DNA from: Lama glama
Lineage: Eukaryota
Length of the DNA stretch: 64,000 bases
Assembly: GCA_028534125.1 (NCBI GenBank)
Contig: CM052837.1
Coordinates: 37,696,001 to 37,760,000, forward strand
Direction: 5' to 3'
The notes under the pieces were generated by a model. The model was not told the DNA's origin, made no database searches, and saw only the letters and a list, made by a program, of their open reading frames with translations. Below, piece by piece: positions 61,501-64,000 of the stretch (its first letter is position 1; each line of letters opens with the position of its first letter). The position numbers were made by a program, and so were the translations under genes.

Positions 61501-63099
61501 GCCTGACCGGCCTCCAGCAGAGCCCAGATTCACTTCCAAGGGGAGGCAGAGAGCAGAATGCAGGAGTATTCATTTCCTGTTTTTATTGTTGGTTACTTCA
61601 CGACCTTCCTTTGAAAGCTGCAGTGGTAGAAAGCTGGTTGTCATGGAGACAGGGAGTGCCGTGCAGGGAACAGGCACACAACGCCTCTCTTTGTCAGGTC
61701 CAGCTGATGCCTTTCGCCTCTGCTTCGCGACGTGTGAATTTACCTGACGAATTAAATATCAACTGGAGGCAGTGCCCTGGAGAGAGGCAGGCGCACAGGC
61801 AGAGGAAGGACCTGGGAGCCAGGGCCCAGGGGAGGCCGAGCGTGGGGCCACACCCGACTCACATCAGCGCCCGGGCTGGAGGGGCCGTGGGGGTGGAACC
61901 CCACCCCAACTCTAAGTCAAATTCCACACGACAGCGCCAGAGCTGGGATGCCGGTGAGGGAGTGTGCCCCAGCCAGACTGAGGTCTTCCTCAGAGAGCTC
62001 CTGTGTCTTGTCCCTGAAACGGCCGTGGGGCCATGACCCTGGATGTCTTTCTGGTGGGTCCCTGAGAAGGGCTGTACACCTGCTGTGGAAAGAGTGGCCT
62101 GAGTTCCCCAACTTCTCCCCTGGAGCTGGCACAGCGAGGGTTTATTAGGTTTTCTTTTTCTGACCCTCAGAAAATGAGTTCCGGGGGGAGCTGCTGAGTC
62201 AAAGGTGGACGCAAGGACACAAAGCCAACGACTGCAGGACCTCAAGACTCTTCCTGGGTGGACGTGGCAAGGTGAGGTACTCAGGGGCAGCCCCCGCCCC
62301 GGGCCTGGCCTGGCACGGGACCTCCTCCCTCCTCGACATGGGGCACGGAGGGACTTTTGATACCATGGTCGTCCGTCTAGATCAGGCAAAGAGTAAGTGG
62401 GCTAGGACCATCAGTGATCTGGTCACTTTAAAATTAGAGGAAGAAAAATAACTGAATGGAGTAAAACCAAAATGTGGCAGCAGGGGCTCACATCTGCCAG
62501 GTCCCTGCTCTGGGTCCAGTCACACCAGGGCTCCATGACTCCCCTCAGTTCCTGTTCTCTGTTCTCCCTGCTGCTTCCGGCAGCCTGAGGGTCTTGGACT
62601 GACGTTGCCACAAGGACTCCTGAGTTCTGCTGACTTTGTTTATTTCGATCTTCCCAATTAGGGGCAGATAGTGCCCAGTTCCTACCTGCCTGGAACTCGC
62701 TGATGGAGGTGCCTCAGGCTCTCTGCCTCCCTGGAGGTGCTGCAAGCCCCGGATGTCACATGCACTTACTGCCACCCCAAGTTTCTGATTCTAGAGCTTC
62801 CATGACGTGTTCTGGGTAAAGCCAGGCCCCCAGGCTCAGCGGACCCCCAGAGATGGAGGTGGAGGTGATAGCAGGCTTGGTGGGCATCCCTTCCTGGATC
62901 TCAATTCTGATCTCTCATTTTCTTTGGCATGTGGATGCTCTCCATCAGGGATCCAAGCCATGATCCAGGGCAGGGCCACCAAGTCGTAGTGGCCCAGGGT
63001 AGAGATGAGGTGGTCATGGAGTTTTAGGCAGCGACCCCACTCAAGGCACTTGTATTTTACTCTCGAAGCCCAACATTTTTCTTTTGAATGTGGTGGCTG

Positions 63100-63135
63100 G
63101 CCGTGATTGTACAGTGGTTAGTACTCTGCGTTGTG
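63100..63135 (+). pseudogene. 5'-half tRNA-His(GTG) tailless retropseudogene with 15-bp target-site duplication
   Basis: GCCGTGATTGTACAGTGGTTAGTACTCTGCGTTGTG matches nt 1-36 of vertebrate tRNA-His at 34/36; flanked by TGAATGTGGTGGCTG (63085-63099) and TGAATCTGGTGGCTG (63134-63148). Confidence 0.9.
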
Positions 63136-63939
63136 AATCTGGTGGCTGCAATGTACATTTTAATGGGCCCGTTCTAACACCTTGTGAAGCATCTCCACTC
63201 ACACTTTTCTTGCTGTGTGATTATCAGTAATTTGCTGAGCCATGTAGGAGCCTGAGGCGAAAGGAAAAGCCAATAGCTGGCTCAGTCTTTATGTAATTTT
63301 TGCTATTTTATTCACCATGTAATTTGGGCATTAATTTAGGTACTTCAAATATTGCATTAAATTATTATTTATCTTGATCACTTGGTTTTGTTCCCCCCTT
63401 AAGTCTGCACCTGGCTAAATGCCTCACTCGCCTCACGGCTCCGGCCCTGAGCATCCAGAGATCACGAAACCAAGAAGCTACAGGGGCTCTGGGTGATGTG
63501 CACCCACAGTGGCTGGCACTGGGTGAGGGTGGGTAGGAGGGTTGCTGTCCCCCTGTGGCTCAGGTGTGACAAGCCTGGAGGATGCGGGACCTGCTGAGAG
63601 CCAGCCTGGTGGCCTTGCTCAGCCTCTCCCCAAGCACCAGCTGTTTCACAACTGCTCCATTAGGGAGTGGTTTCCTCTAGTTTGGGCCTGAGTTACTGCT
63701 CTGAGCAGAGGCACTAAGACAAAGAGTGGTACAGAGAAGGACGTACCTGTGAAGAGGACAGGACTTGGGGGCTGGCGCCAGTGGTGGCTTCTCGTGGTGG
63801 GCGCTAAGACAGGTAGGGGCACCGGAGAGCAGCGTGTACCCTTAGACAGGAGGTGGCGAGGTGGGGAGCTCAGTGCCTGGAGGGCCATGGGAGCAGAGGA
63901 ACCCTACGTGGGAGGCGGTACAGCCTGTCTGCCTCCGAG

Positions 63940-63966
63940 TTCAGCACCGGGCATGTGGACAGCTCA
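63940..63966 (+). promoter_or_regulatory. Non-canonical (8-bp spacer) RE1 site candidate
   Basis: TTCAGCACC-gggcatgt-GGACAGCTC: both half-sites in correct order and orientation. Confidence 0.55.
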
Positions 63967-64000
63967 GAGACGAGTGGGAAGGGGCTGTTGGAAAGAGCGG

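Noticed and set aside
61206-62036. 276-aa plus-strand ORF as a possible MYT1 coding exon
   Set aside because: No C2HC zinc finger (CPTPGCxGxGH) or acidic domain; none seen anywhere in the window, so the MYT1 CDS lies beyond it
63100-63175. Functional tRNA-His gene
   Set aside because: Stops at the anticodon; no T-arm, B box or acceptor 3' strand
1-64000. CRISPR array, operon or novel multi-gene system; LKAAEAR1/RGS19
   Set aside because: Eukaryotic DNA with no spaced repeat array; those neighbouring genes lie upstream of the OPRL1 coding exons and no matching ORFs were seen

Overview
Mammalian, GC-rich genomic DNA with four N-gaps. It contains the three coding exons of OPRL1 (nociceptin receptor, 370 aa, + strand) and, tail-to-tail with it, an intact single-coding-exon NPBWR2/GPR8 (335 aa, - strand). 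The remaining ~50 kb is non-coding; by conserved synteny (OPRL1-NPBWR2-MYT1) it should be the upstream and 5'-leader region of MYT1, although no MYT1 coding exon is visible. An intact NPBWR2 excludes mouse and rat. Its bovine-like N-terminus and the absence of young lineage-specific SINEs suggest a non-ruminant, non-suid laurasiatherian, possibly a camelid (inference only). Interspersed repeats are ancient (L1M, MLT1, LTR33, MER2, MIR; subfamily names recognised by eye). I found no evidence for a new multi-gene system, and most long ORFs in the track are spurious. The best small finds are: a TSD-flanked retrocopy of the 5' half of tRNA-His-GTG, a near-canonical and an expanded-spacer REST/RE1 site, a bare poly(A) insertion with target-site duplication, a uORF-packed leader exon, a candidate hidden NPBWR2 5' exon, an in-frame upstream ATG in OPRL1, and a candidate 5-nt microexon.
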